Of a stretch of 64,000 nt of DNA, positions 28,753-37,796 are shown piece by piece. The notes under the pieces are model-generated. The model saw only the letters and a list, made by a program, of their open reading frames with translations, searched no databases and was not told the origin of the DNA. The position numbers and the translations under genes are program-made. The DNA is from an uncultured Gammaproteobacteria bacterium (GTDB taxonomy: Bacteria; Patescibacteriota; Microgenomatia; Daviesbacterales; UBA10151): the NCBI GenBank assembly GCA_964392925.1, contig CAYMRP010000005.1:26093-90092 (forward strand). The letters are read 5' to 3'. Each line of letters opens with the position of its first letter. Positions within the stretch are counted from its first letter, which is position 1.

Positions 28753-29688
28753 ATGGCAGCTAAAAGAGACTTATATGAAATTCTAGGCATCTCAAAATCC
28801 GCCTCCGAATTGGAGATTAAATCCGCCTACCGGAAATTAGCTAGAAAACATCATCCCGATATTGATAAATCCGCTGGAGCTGCTGAGAAATTCAAGGAAC
28901 TCTCAGAAGCCTACCAAGTCCTCTCAGATCCCAAAAAGAGGCAATCTTACGATCAGTTTGGTCACGCTGCCTTCGACAGGGGAGCTGGTGGTATGGGTGG
29001 TGGCAACCCCTTCGGAGAAGGATTTAATCCTTTTGGTGGGGGACAGGGCAATCCTTTCGGGGGCTTTTCTTATTCTTGGTCTTCAGGTCAAGGCCAGGGA
29101 GGTCCAGATGTTAATTTCGAGGACCCATTTGATTTGTTTAATCAAATTTTTGGCATGGCTGGAGGAGGTCAGTATGGTGCTCGCCGCCGTCCAACTTACT
29201 CACTGTCAGTCACTTTTGATGAAGCAATTAAAGGTGTTGAAAAGGAAATTGAAGTCGAGATTCACGATGATAAGGGCAAAGCTACCCGAAAGCGTCTTCG
29301 CATTAAAGTCCCAGCCGGTGTTGATAATGGTACCCGCATGCGCTTTGACGACCTTGATATAGTCTTTAAAGTTGGCAAATCCGATAAATTCCTAAGAGAG
29401 GGTTCAGATATCTTTACTGACATAGCTCTAGCAATTCCTCAAATTGTTCTCGGCGGCACTATGGATGTTCAAACTGTCTCCGGCACAGTCAAAGTAAAAG
29501 TCCCTCCCTCAACTCAGCCAGGATCATTAATCCGAATTAAAGGTAAAGGTGTTAATAATATGCGCGGCGGGTTTGGCGATCATTATGTTAGAGTCAGGCT
29601 CGATATGCCAAAAACCCTCTCTTCAGAAGAGAAAAAACTCTACGAACAGCTCAATTCTTTAAGAACCAAGAAAAAAGGCTGGTTTTAA
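28753..29688 (+). CDS. dnaJ: DnaJ-family co-chaperone without zinc-finger region (class B)
   Basis: J domain with HPD, G/F-rich region, KVPAGVDNG and C-terminal domains; no CxxCxGxG repeats. Confidence 0.92.
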   Translation: MAAKRDLYEILGISKSASELEIKSAYRKLARKHHPDIDKSAGAAEKFKELSEAYQVLSDPKKRQSYDQFGHAAFDRGAGGMGGGNPFGEGFNPFGGGQGNPFGGFSYSWSSGQGQGGPDVNFEDPFDLFNQIFGMAGGGQYGARRRPTYSLSVTFDEAIKGVEKEIEVEIHDDKGKATRKRLRIKVPAGVDNGTRMRFDDLDIVFKVGKSDKFLREGSDIFTDIALAIPQIVLGGTMDVQTVSGTVKVKVPPSTQPGSLIRIKGKGVNNMRGGFGDHYVRVRLDMPKTLSSEEKKLYEQLNSLRTKKKGWF

Positions 29689-29738
29689 TATTACACAACT
29701 CACATAGATATCTAATAATTGAATGATATATTTAATTT

Positions 29739-29897
29739 ATGAATGAAGACTCTAAAAAAGCTAACGAGACCTCCTATATTTGTGAAGGTAGCTGCAATGC
29801 CCAAATTACTCAAAAACAATACGATGAAGGTTTAACAAAATGCGGAGCCAAATCCTGCAATATGCACGGCAAACCCTTCACTAGACTAAAAAAATAA
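29739..29897 (+). CDS. 52-aa Cys-rich microprotein (C-x3-C ... C-x4-C-x2-H), absent from the ORF track
   Basis: Translates as MNEDSKKANETSYICEGSCNAQITQKQYDEGLTKCGAKSCNMHGKPFTRLKK and fills an otherwise empty gap. Confidence 0.7.
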   Translation: MNEDSKKANETSYICEGSCNAQITQKQYDEGLTKCGAKSCNMHGKPFTRLKK

Positions 29898-29934
29898 CTT
29901 CCTGGATCAATTTAACGATAAAACAACTCGAAGG

Positions 29935-30573
29935 CTATTTAAGCTTAAAGTAGTAGGCAACTCCAACATATCCAAAATAAACTGAAATCACGCTCGAAAC
30001 AATTGACATTAATAATCCTCCGATAAATGAGTTCTCAGCACTTATTCCTGACACGATTGAAGACACCACCCCGGTTAAAATAATTGTAATCACAAACAAA
30101 GCAAAAGTTTTCCACCAATTACCTGTAATCATTTCCTTACTTTTCTTTAAAGCAGCCATACCTGTTAATCCCTGATCCAGTACTACGTAAGAAAACACAT
30201 ACCAATAAACCATAAAAATAATACCTGGAATAACTAGAAGTAAAAATAACAGCATGATTAAAAATGCATAAATAATATAAGTTATAAACAATTTCCAAAG
30301 AGTAGGCTTCAAGGCAGTATCCTTCAGGCTTAAAATCTGATTAATATCAAATTTTGTGTAAGCCTGCTTATGACTTTTAAAAATCGCAATTTGCATAAAC
30401 AGCACAACCGGAATCATTAAGAGATTTAATAGGGATAAGTCAAGAACATCAGTCAGAACGAAAATTAATGCTTGTAACCCAACAAAGAAAACCAAAACAG
30501 AGTTAGCATTTTTCTTTGTTGACTCATAACCCTCTCGAAGTAAATCTGTAATCTGTATCTTATTAGTTGCCAT
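29935..30573 (-). CDS. Integral membrane protein (DUF975/GDPD membrane-domain-like)
   Basis: LLLVIPGIIF, ALKKSKEMITGNWWK; 4-5 TM helices. Confidence 0.75.
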   Translation of the reverse strand: MATNKIQITDLLREGYESTKKNANSVLVFFVGLQALIFVLTDVLDLSLLNLLMIPVVLFMQIAIFKSHKQAYTKFDINQILSLKDTALKPTLWKLFITYIIYAFLIMLLFLLLVIPGIIFMVYWYVFSYVVLDQGLTGMAALKKSKEMITGNWWKTFALFVITIILTGVVSSIVSGISAENSFIGGLLMSIVSSVISVYFGYVGVAYYFKLK

Positions 30574-30628
30574 ACTTAGATACTAACTCTTTTTATTATT
30601 CATTCGCAAGAGGCTAAAGGCTGAGTTG

Positions 30629-31462
30629 TTATCGGTTTGGTTTATCAAAATTCTGAAAATTTATAGTCGCCACACAAAGAGCTATTAGTGTGAATAAGAA
30701 TGGGAATCCAAAAAAGCCTGTAAATAGGCCTGTATTAAATAAAATAAGGTCTACAATGAAAGCTAGGGTGGAAGCATAAATAGCCGTAATAAAGGCCGTT
30801 TTGTAGCTCAAGCGCCATTTAAATATCGCTGATAGAAAATACACTAAAACTGCTAAAAATAACATGTAAACCAGGTTAAATATAAACCCGATCAGCATGC
30901 CTATAAAAACTATCACCAAAAGCAAAGGTCCTACAATATTTAACCAGGGGTTAATTTTATTAGCTAAATCATCTATAAATTGTCTATTAACCGTAAAATT
31001 CTCTACATCTGTCAAAGGAATAGATCTTTGATCAAAATCTCGATTCTCGAAGAATAAAGAGTCTTTAGTTAGCCAGGCTAGGGTTTTGTATTGCTCAAAC
31101 TGAGTAACTGAAAAAGGAGTTTTTGTATCAATCACCAACAAATTATTTATCCCTGCATACTCATCATCAGTTTCCGGAAAAGGCACAAAAAATGGTTCTT
31201 CAGCATTAGTTGAGGCTTGTCCGTCATTGACGCTTACCTCAAGATTCTGGGGGTAAGAATTTACAGATTGGGAAACAAAATTCTTTATCTCTGCCGGAAC
31301 TCTAATTAATAGTTCCTGGGACAATAAAATAGTATTAATTATGCTAAGTAAGAGTGTTAGCAAAAAAAAGTACTTGAAGACATCAGAAAGCTTACCATTC
31401 TTTATTCTCTGATAGAATTCTGGATCAAAAATAGCGGATCTAATGTTTTTTATAAAGCCCAT
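30629..31462 (-). CDS. DUF1189-like membrane protein
   Basis: SAIFDPEFY start, N-terminal TM, soluble domain, three C-terminal TMs with LSYK...IYAST. ATG at 31462. Confidence 0.7.
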   Translation of the reverse strand: MGFIKNIRSAIFDPEFYQRIKNGKLSDVFKYFFLLTLLLSIINTILLSQELLIRVPAEIKNFVSQSVNSYPQNLEVSVNDGQASTNAEEPFFVPFPETDDEYAGINNLLVIDTKTPFSVTQFEQYKTLAWLTKDSLFFENRDFDQRSIPLTDVENFTVNRQFIDDLANKINPWLNIVGPLLLVIVFIGMLIGFIFNLVYMLFLAVLVYFLSAIFKWRLSYKTAFITAIYASTLAFIVDLILFNTGLFTGFFGFPFLFTLIALCVATINFQNFDKPNR

Positions 31463-31533
31463 TCTTGTAATCTTAGGGCTATGCAGTATAGCTGTCAAAT
31501 AACCGGGCATAGATAAAATAGGGAAGCGCGAGC

Positions 31534-31613
31534 TTGACTTATCTTGTCTGGAGGATTAAAATTTACCTAAACTTAACCGTAAAGTTAGGGTGGGATTGTT
31601 CCCACCCATTTTT
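31534..31613 (+). promoter_or_regulatory. nusA promoter (TTGACT-N17-TAAAAT, 31534-31562) followed by a leader terminator-like hairpin GGGTGGGA-TTGT-TCCCACCC-ATTTTT (31588-31613)
   Basis: Perfect 8-bp stem plus T-tract between the promoter and the nusA ATG. Confidence 0.75.
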
Positions 31614-31641
31614 AAATCTAGCCGGTTAAAGAAAGATTAAA

Positions 31642-33042
31642 ATGCCAATACAAGCACGAACTGAATTTGCAGCCGCCATCAATCAAATCGCCTCTGAAAA
31701 AGGGGTAGAGACTGATGTGATCATTGATGCTATTAAACAGGCTGCTTTAGCAGCTTACCGAAAAGACCTTTCTTTCAGAAACGAATCTATTCCTGATGAT
31801 TTTGAAGAACTTACCGCCAAGCTAGATCCTTCTTCAGGTGAAATTTCTATTTGGAGAGGTGAAACTAATATCACTCCTCCAGGTTTTGCCAGAATAGCCG
31901 CCCAGACTGCGAAGCAGGTTATAACTCAGAAACTTCATGAAGCTGAAAAAGGCGCAATCATTAATGAATATGAGCAAAAAGTCGGTACTGTTGTCTCCGG
32001 AGCCATCCAAAGACAAGAAGGTAATACTTATTTCGTTGATATCGGCCGCGCCGAAGGTCTTCTTCCTCCACCTGAGCAATCCAGAGATGAGTTCTACACT
32101 CAAAACCAGAGATTAAAGTTCTTTATTAAAGAAATTAGGGAAACCTCTCGTGGACCTGAAGTTATTGTTTCCAGAACTGATCCAGGCTTGGTTAAGGGAC
32201 TATTTGCTATGGAAGTTCCAGAAATTCAGTCCGGGGTAGTTGAAATTAAAGAAGTCGCTCGCGAAGCTGGAGGCAGATGTAAAGTTGCTGTTGTCTCAAA
32301 TCAGGATGGTGTTGATCCTGTGGGAAGCATGGTTGGTCAAAAAGGCGTTAGAGTTCAGGCTGTTATTAATGAATTAGGCGAAGAAAAAATCGATATTATT
32401 TCTTATTCTGACGAGCCAAAAAGATTCATCGCTGCTTCTTTATCACCAGCCAAAGACGTTGAAGTTTCTCTAGACGAGGAAAATAAAGTCGCCACAGTTA
32501 AAGTCTCCGATTCACAACTCTCGTTAGCTATAGGTAAGGGTGGTCAAAACGTTAGACTGGCAGCTAAATTAACTGGTTGGAAGATCGATATAGTCGGCCT
32601 AGGCGATTCAGTTGAAGCTATGGAAAAAGCTAAAGCGGAGGAAGATGCGAAATTAGAAGTCAAAGAAGAAGCAGCTCCTGTAGAGGAAGTCAAAGCTGAC
32701 GAAGCACCAGAAGCAGAAGCTAAAACTGAAGAAGCAAGCGAGGCTGTTGAAGCAATAGGCACGGATGAAAAAAATGAAACTATCTCAGAGGCTCCAGCAG
32801 ACGACGCTCAGCCTGAAGCTGCTGCAGAAGTTGAATCTGTAGAAGCAGCCGCTCCTGAAGAAGCTGTCGCACAGCCAGAGTCTTCTGATGCTGAAGGTGT
32901 CGCTGATGAATCTGATTTTGATAAAATGGAACAGGAAAAAATAGTTAAAGAAGAAGCCTCAGAAGTTGATGCAGCAGGTGGAGAAGAAAAAACCGACGCA
33001 TCTGAAGAAGCAGTTCAGACTGAAGATGAGGCTAAGGGCTAA
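31642..33042 (+). CDS. nusA: Transcription termination/antitermination factor NusA with long acidic C-terminal tail
   Basis: FARIAAQTAKQVI, S1 domain, AREAGGRCKVAV, VDPVGSMVGQKG, SLAIGKGGQNVRLAAKLTGWKIDI. Confidence 0.97.
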   Translation: MPIQARTEFAAAINQIASEKGVETDVIIDAIKQAALAAYRKDLSFRNESIPDDFEELTAKLDPSSGEISIWRGETNITPPGFARIAAQTAKQVITQKLHEAEKGAIINEYEQKVGTVVSGAIQRQEGNTYFVDIGRAEGLLPPPEQSRDEFYTQNQRLKFFIKEIRETSRGPEVIVSRTDPGLVKGLFAMEVPEIQSGVVEIKEVAREAGGRCKVAVVSNQDGVDPVGSMVGQKGVRVQAVINELGEEKIDIISYSDEPKRFIAASLSPAKDVEVSLDEENKVATVKVSDSQLSLAIGKGGQNVRLAAKLTGWKIDIVGLGDSVEAMEKAKAEEDAKLEVKEEAAPVEEVKADEAPEAEAKTEEASEAVEAIGTDEKNETISEAPADDAQPEAAAEVESVEAAAPEEAVAQPESSDAEGVADESDFDKMEQEKIVKEEASEVDAAGGEEKTDASEEAVQTEDEAKG

Positions 33043-33157
33043 GAATCAGGAAGTATGTATTAAGGGAAATATGCAATATTTAAATTATTCTTTTAACCCA
33101 TAATACTTACCGCTTGCTAGCACAGCAAGGTAGCTTCATTCTCACCCTATTAAAAGT

Positions 33158-34609
33158 ATGGAACAAAAAAGACCGCCAATTGTAACTATCTTAGGCCATG
33201 TTGATCATGGAAAGACTTCCTTGCTCGATTTTATTAGAAAAGCCGCTGTTGCCGCCCGAGAACACGGCGGAATAACCCAGGCTATTGGAGCCTACCAAAT
33301 TATCCACGAAGGCTCGCCAATCACTTTTATAGATACTCCAGGCCATGCTGCTTTTGAAAAAATGCGCTCTCGCGGTGCCAAAGTTGCTGATATTGCAGTT
33401 TTAGTCGTCGCAATTGATGACGGACTAATGCCTCAAACGCTCGAAGCTATTAAGCACATTAAAGCCGCTAAAGTTTCTATGGTCGTTGCAGTCAACAAAA
33501 TCGACCTACCCGGAATAAATAAGGTCGCTCAAATGGAAAAAATAAAAAAGCAGCTTTCTGATCGGGACGTTTTAATTGAGGAGTATGGGGGAGATGTCCC
33601 GATAATTGAAGTTTCAGCAAAAACTGGTCTTGGTGTCGATAAATTACTAGAAATTCTCCAGCTTGTTGCCGAAGTTAATGAATTCAAAGGAGATCCAGAT
33701 GTCCCTGCAACAGGCGTAGTCGTTGAATCCAAATTAGATAAGTTTAAGGGACCCGTAGCTACAGTTATCGTTCAAAATGGTACTTTAAAAAAAGGTGAGC
33801 CTGTTGTCATCGCCGGCATTAAGGGCAAAGTCCGTGGTTTGATTGACTTTACCGGCAAACAACTAGACTCAGCTGGTCCCTCAACTCCTGTTGAGGTTTT
33901 AGGTCTAGAAGAAGTTCCTCAGGTGGGTGCTGAACTTGGCAAAGACAGCTCAACCAAAGAAGAAAAGCAAGTAATTATCACCAGTATTGTTGACCGTCTA
34001 AAACACGACGACACTACGACTCTCAAAGTAGTTATCCGGGCTGACGTTGCCGGTTCACTCGAAGCCATAGAAGATTCCCTAAATAAATTTAATGAAGAAG
34101 CCGAACACGTAAAAATAGTTTCTGCCAACACCGGTAACCTGACTGAAAACGACATCAAAATGGCAGCTTCAACAGGAGCTATCGTCATCGGGTTTAACGT
34201 CAAAGTCCTGCCTCAAATCACCAAATTAGCAGAAATAGAAAAAGTCCTACTCCGCAGCTACACCATTATTTACGAATTAATCGAGGAAGTTGAGGCTGTA
34301 GTAGAAGAGATGCTCAAAGTAGGAGCCCTCGAAGAAATCTTCGGTACCGCTCAAATCCTTGTTGAATACCCTTACGGAAAGAATGATAAAATCGCCGGCT
34401 GTAAAATTCTAGACGGCGTTTTCACTAAAGGTCCAAAAGTAAAAATAATCCGCGGCGAAGAAATAATCGGCGAAACAAAAATTAAATCCTTAAAAAAGGT
34501 TCGCGATGAAGTCAGTAAGGTCGAAAAAGCCGAAGAGTGCGGTATGATGTTTGAACCCAAAATCGACTTCATAGTCGGCGACCTCATCCAATCCTTCAGA
34601 ACAATCTAA
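33158..34609 (+). CDS. infB: Translation initiation factor IF-2, short form lacking the N-terminal domain
   Basis: [54 protein letters not shown]. Confidence 0.96.
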   Translation: MEQKRPPIVTILGHVDHGKTSLLDFIRKAAVAAREHGGITQAIGAYQIIHEGSPITFIDTPGHAAFEKMRSRGAKVADIAVLVVAIDDGLMPQTLEAIKHIKAAKVSMVVAVNKIDLPGINKVAQMEKIKKQLSDRDVLIEEYGGDVPIIEVSAKTGLGVDKLLEILQLVAEVNEFKGDPDVPATGVVVESKLDKFKGPVATVIVQNGTLKKGEPVVIAGIKGKVRGLIDFTGKQLDSAGPSTPVEVLGLEEVPQVGAELGKDSSTKEEKQVIITSIVDRLKHDDTTTLKVVIRADVAGSLEAIEDSLNKFNEEAEHVKIVSANTGNLTENDIKMAASTGAIVIGFNVKVLPQITKLAEIEKVLLRSYTIIYELIEEVEAVVEEMLKVGALEEIFGTAQILVEYPYGKNDKIAGCKILDGVFTKGPKVKIIRGEEIIGETKIKSLKKVRDEVSKVEKAEECGMMFEPKIDFIVGDLIQSFRTI

Positions 34610-34748
34610 GTTATCTCGCCGCTGGTAGGGATGTTATAAATACTATCGGCTTGCTTTTTAGGCATCGGTTTGATACAATTTGAGATCTTGGTATTGCATT
34701 TTTAGCCTCATTCATTTAGTCTAGGCCTAAACTGCTCCAGGTAAACAA

Positions 34749-36164
34749 ATGCTCAAATACGATCAACAATTATCCGAAGTCAAATCCCGTCTTTCTAGCG
34801 CAAAGCGTATCCTGATAGTTCTTTCTCAAAACCTAAATACCGATAATTTAGCTGCTGGCCTGGCTTTATCTCTGAGCCTAAAATCTGCCGGCAAAATGGT
34901 TGATATCGTCTCTACAGGCACACCTCTTGTTTCTCATTCAAATCTTTTCGGAATCGGCGAAGTCAAAAATCATGCCGCTAAATCAGGGGCCGGTAACTTC
35001 ATCATCTCCCTTGACGGCGTAGTTGATACCACCGGAACTATGCAGCAGGTCCCGGCTCTTGAAAAGCTTGATTGGTATCCTGAAGGCTCAAAATTAAATC
35101 TAGTCTTCCATGTTGTTCCAGGCCAAAGATTTGAGCCGACCAACATTAGCTCCCGACACGAAGAAACAGGTTACGATTTAACTTTTGTCATCGGCTGTCA
35201 AAACCTAAACGAACTAGGGGATCTCTTTATTTCTAACAGTCAATATTTTGCTCAGAGCCAGGTCATTAACATTGATAACAACCAGACAAACGGCTTATTT
35301 GGCTTCGCTAATATTATTGATGCCCAGGCCTCATCTCTTTCTGAAATCACTGCTCAGATCCTGCCTTCATTAACTTTGAATTTAGACCGCGATATGGCTT
35401 CCAATATTATTTCTGGAATTTACGCATCAACTAATAATTTGACCCAAAAAGTTAACGCCGATACTTTTATGGTTATCTCTCAGGCAGTACAAGTCGGAGG
35501 TGTCTTGCCAAATTTATCTCAGCCAGCTCAAGTCCAGCCGATTGCTCAGCCTGAGCCTCAGCAGCCGCAGCCCGTTGCTGTTACGCCCGCACCTGCCCCT
35601 CAACCAGCCGCAGAAAACTATCAGCAGCCGGTAATAACTCAACCTCAATATGAACCACAACCTCCTGTTCAGCCTGAACCTCAACCCCAACCGTCACTCG
35701 AAGGTTCACCATTTATCGTCGCTCCTCAGGATATTAATATTCCGCTACCTGCATACCAGCCACCAGCACAACCTGACTCTCAACCACAGCCTCAATTTCA
35801 ATTCAGCCAGCCTCAACAGCCTATCCAATCAGCTCCTGTAATTCCTCAAGCCAATTCTCAAGGCTTTGATTTAAGACAAATCTTCCAGAATCCTCAAATG
35901 GCAGCCAACGCAGTTCCGGCAAGCACTCAATCAGTTGAAACAGCCCCATTTCCTACAGTTGAACAGATATATCAGCCCACCGGCGGACATCATGAGCAGG
36001 AGCCTCAGCTATATAGTGCTGACCCAAAGCCTGCAGAACCTCAACCCTCAGCTGAAGAGCGTCCAATGGGAGAGATTGCCCAGTCACCAAACCCTGAAGT
36101 CGAATCAACCCCAACCCCTGATTGGTTAGTCCCTAAAATCTTCAAAGGCGGCAACCTAGGCTAA
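34749..36164 (+). CDS. DHH/NrnA-fold protein with degenerate catalytic motifs and long Pro/Gln-rich tail
   Basis: RILIVLSQNLNTDNLAAGLAL, INIDNNQTN (DHH position), ASSLSEI; located after infB where nrnA commonly lies. Confidence 0.7.
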   Translation: MLKYDQQLSEVKSRLSSAKRILIVLSQNLNTDNLAAGLALSLSLKSAGKMVDIVSTGTPLVSHSNLFGIGEVKNHAAKSGAGNFIISLDGVVDTTGTMQQVPALEKLDWYPEGSKLNLVFHVVPGQRFEPTNISSRHEETGYDLTFVIGCQNLNELGDLFISNSQYFAQSQVINIDNNQTNGLFGFANIIDAQASSLSEITAQILPSLTLNLDRDMASNIISGIYASTNNLTQKVNADTFMVISQAVQVGGVLPNLSQPAQVQPIAQPEPQQPQPVAVTPAPAPQPAAENYQQPVITQPQYEPQPPVQPEPQPQPSLEGSPFIVAPQDINIPLPAYQPPAQPDSQPQPQFQFSQPQQPIQSAPVIPQANSQGFDLRQIFQNPQMAANAVPASTQSVETAPFPTVEQIYQPTGGHHEQEPQLYSADPKPAEPQPSAEERPMGEIAQSPNPEVESTPTPDWLVPKIFKGGNLG

Positions 36165-36186
36165 ACCTCCGCAACCCATCACGATT

Positions 36187-36489
36187 ATGGCTGAAATAAT
36201 TAGACTATCCTCCAAAATAACCGCACCCAAGGTATCTACCCCTCTTCCTGAAAGTTTCTCAAATAGATTAAGAAAATCACTCTCTCCTCAGCAATTGCTT
36301 CTAGCAGCGGCAAATTACTATATCCGTCATAAGATCACATCAGCCGCTAAATTAGAGGGCAATAAACGCCTAGTAGCTGGAATCGTTATTGCAACTTCGC
36401 TATCATTCCTTGAACAGGCTGCTTATAACATAGGTACAAATATTGCCAAAGCCACATCAGAAATCTATCAGGATCTTAATCGTCGCTAA
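36187..36489 (+). CDS. Hypothetical protein
   Basis: 100-aa ORF filling the gap; no motif recognised. Confidence 0.45.
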   Translation: MAEIIRLSSKITAPKVSTPLPESFSNRLRKSLSPQQLLLAAANYYIRHKITSAAKLEGNKRLVAGIVIATSLSFLEQAAYNIGTNIAKATSEIYQDLNRR

Positions 36490-36497
36490 ACACATCC

Positions 36498-36602
36498 TTG
36501 CAGAATCAAGCCTATTCTGCTAAAATTCAAAAACTTAATAAGTATTACTTCTTGGCACCGAGGTTATACCCTTATTATTAAGTAATAGGAGATGCCAACA
36601 AA
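36498..36602 (+). promoter_or_regulatory. rpsO promoter (TTGCAG-N17-TAAAAT with TG extension) and structured 5' leader
   Basis: Promoter at 36498-36526; complementary segments across 36533-36598 flank the GGAG SD at 36588-36591. Confidence 0.65.
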
Positions 36603-36872
36603 ATGCCTTTAGATCCAAAAAGAAAACAACAAATTATTGAAGAATTCGCTACCCACAAAGGGGACACGGGTTCACCTGAAGTTCAAGCCGCGCTTCTTTC
36701 TGAGCAAATCAAAAACCTCACTGATCATTTAAAAGAACACCCTCACGATATTCACTCAAGACGTGGTTTACTTTCTATGGTTAATAGAAGAAGACGACTT
36801 CTCCAATACTTACTTAAAAAAGAGGCTGATCGTTACAAGTCTGTTATTGATAAATTAGGCCTCGCTAAATAA
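36603..36872 (+). CDS. rpsO: 30S ribosomal protein S15
   Basis: [33 protein letters not shown]. Confidence 0.98.
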   Translation: MPLDPKRKQQIIEEFATHKGDTGSPEVQAALLSEQIKNLTDHLKEHPHDIHSRRGLLSMVNRRRRLLQYLLKKEADRYKSVIDKLGLAK

Positions 36873-36954
36873 GACTCCCGTCTTTTCACTCAATTTTTAA
36901 ATTTGATTCCGATCTATCTTGACAGGTTAATTACAATTAATAAAAGGTTAAAAC

Positions 36955-37569
36955 ATGGTCTTCAAAAAAATAAGCTTTGACGGAGGAAAAAATTTTTACA
37001 TCGCCCCAACCTGGGATCAACTCGGCCATCTATGTTTCAAGCTGGGAAAACAAATCACTCATCAATCAAAACACTACGACCAGATAGTTGTTATCGCCAA
37101 AGGGGGATTAACTTGGTCCAGAACTTTGGCTGACTATCTTCAAATACCTGACATTGAAACAATCAGAGTAAAATTTTATCAGGGAATAGGCAAAACATTC
37201 AAAAAGCCTCAGGTTATTCAGGACATAAAGTCAGATATCAAAGGCAAGAGTATATTACTTTTTGATGATGTTGTTGATTCAGGTCAAACTCTAGAATTCG
37301 TCGTAAAACTACTCAAAAAACAAGGCGCTAAAACAGTTGATACTTCCGCCCTCTTTTTTAAGCCTTCCTCAAAAGTCACTCCTGATTTTTTTGACCATCA
37401 AACAGATGCCTGGATAGTTTTTCCTCACGAATTAAGAGAATTTATAGAAGAAGCAGCCGGTGATTGGTTAGCCAAAGGTCTTACTAAAAAACAAATTTCG
37501 GCCCGCTTCTCAAGGCTTGGTCTGCCCGAAGATCAAATTAAATATTTTCTCGACAAACTTGAAGCTTAG
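36955..37569 (+). CDS. Type I phosphoribosyltransferase (xanthine/hypoxanthine PRT-like)
   Basis: VVIAKGGL, ILLFDDVVDSGQT PRPP-binding motif, WIVFPHE. Confidence 0.88.
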   Translation: MVFKKISFDGGKNFYIAPTWDQLGHLCFKLGKQITHQSKHYDQIVVIAKGGLTWSRTLADYLQIPDIETIRVKFYQGIGKTFKKPQVIQDIKSDIKGKSILLFDDVVDSGQTLEFVVKLLKKQGAKTVDTSALFFKPSSKVTPDFFDHQTDAWIVFPHELREFIEEAAGDWLAKGLTKKQISARFSRLGLPEDQIKYFLDKLEA

Positions 37570-37584
37570 AGTGAGACAAGCAGT

Positions 37585-37796
37585 TTGCATTCAGAATTGA
37601 TATAGTATATAATAGTTTCTGTTGGTTGATTGGGAATTGCAAATTGTAGACGATTACTAGATTGTCTTCGATTATACAGTTTCCTAATCCCCACTTTTAG
37701 AGACAAGAATCTAGAATCAAGAATCTAGACAACGCAAAAGTCACGCTAGTGTTTTATACTAGACTCTAGACCCAAGCGACTTGACTCTCCAAATCA
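37585..37796 (+). promoter_or_regulatory. pnp promoter (TTGCAT-N17-TATAAT) and long structured leader with a 12-bp direct repeat
   Basis: Promoter at 37585-37613; hairpin 37628-37689; CAAGAATCTAGA at 37704-37715 and 37718-37729. Confidence 0.65.

Noticed and set aside
35520-36120. Repetitive CAGCCT/CAACC DNA that might be a repeat array or CRISPR
   Set aside because: No fixed-length repeat-spacer structure; it is the coding sequence of the Pro/Gln linker.
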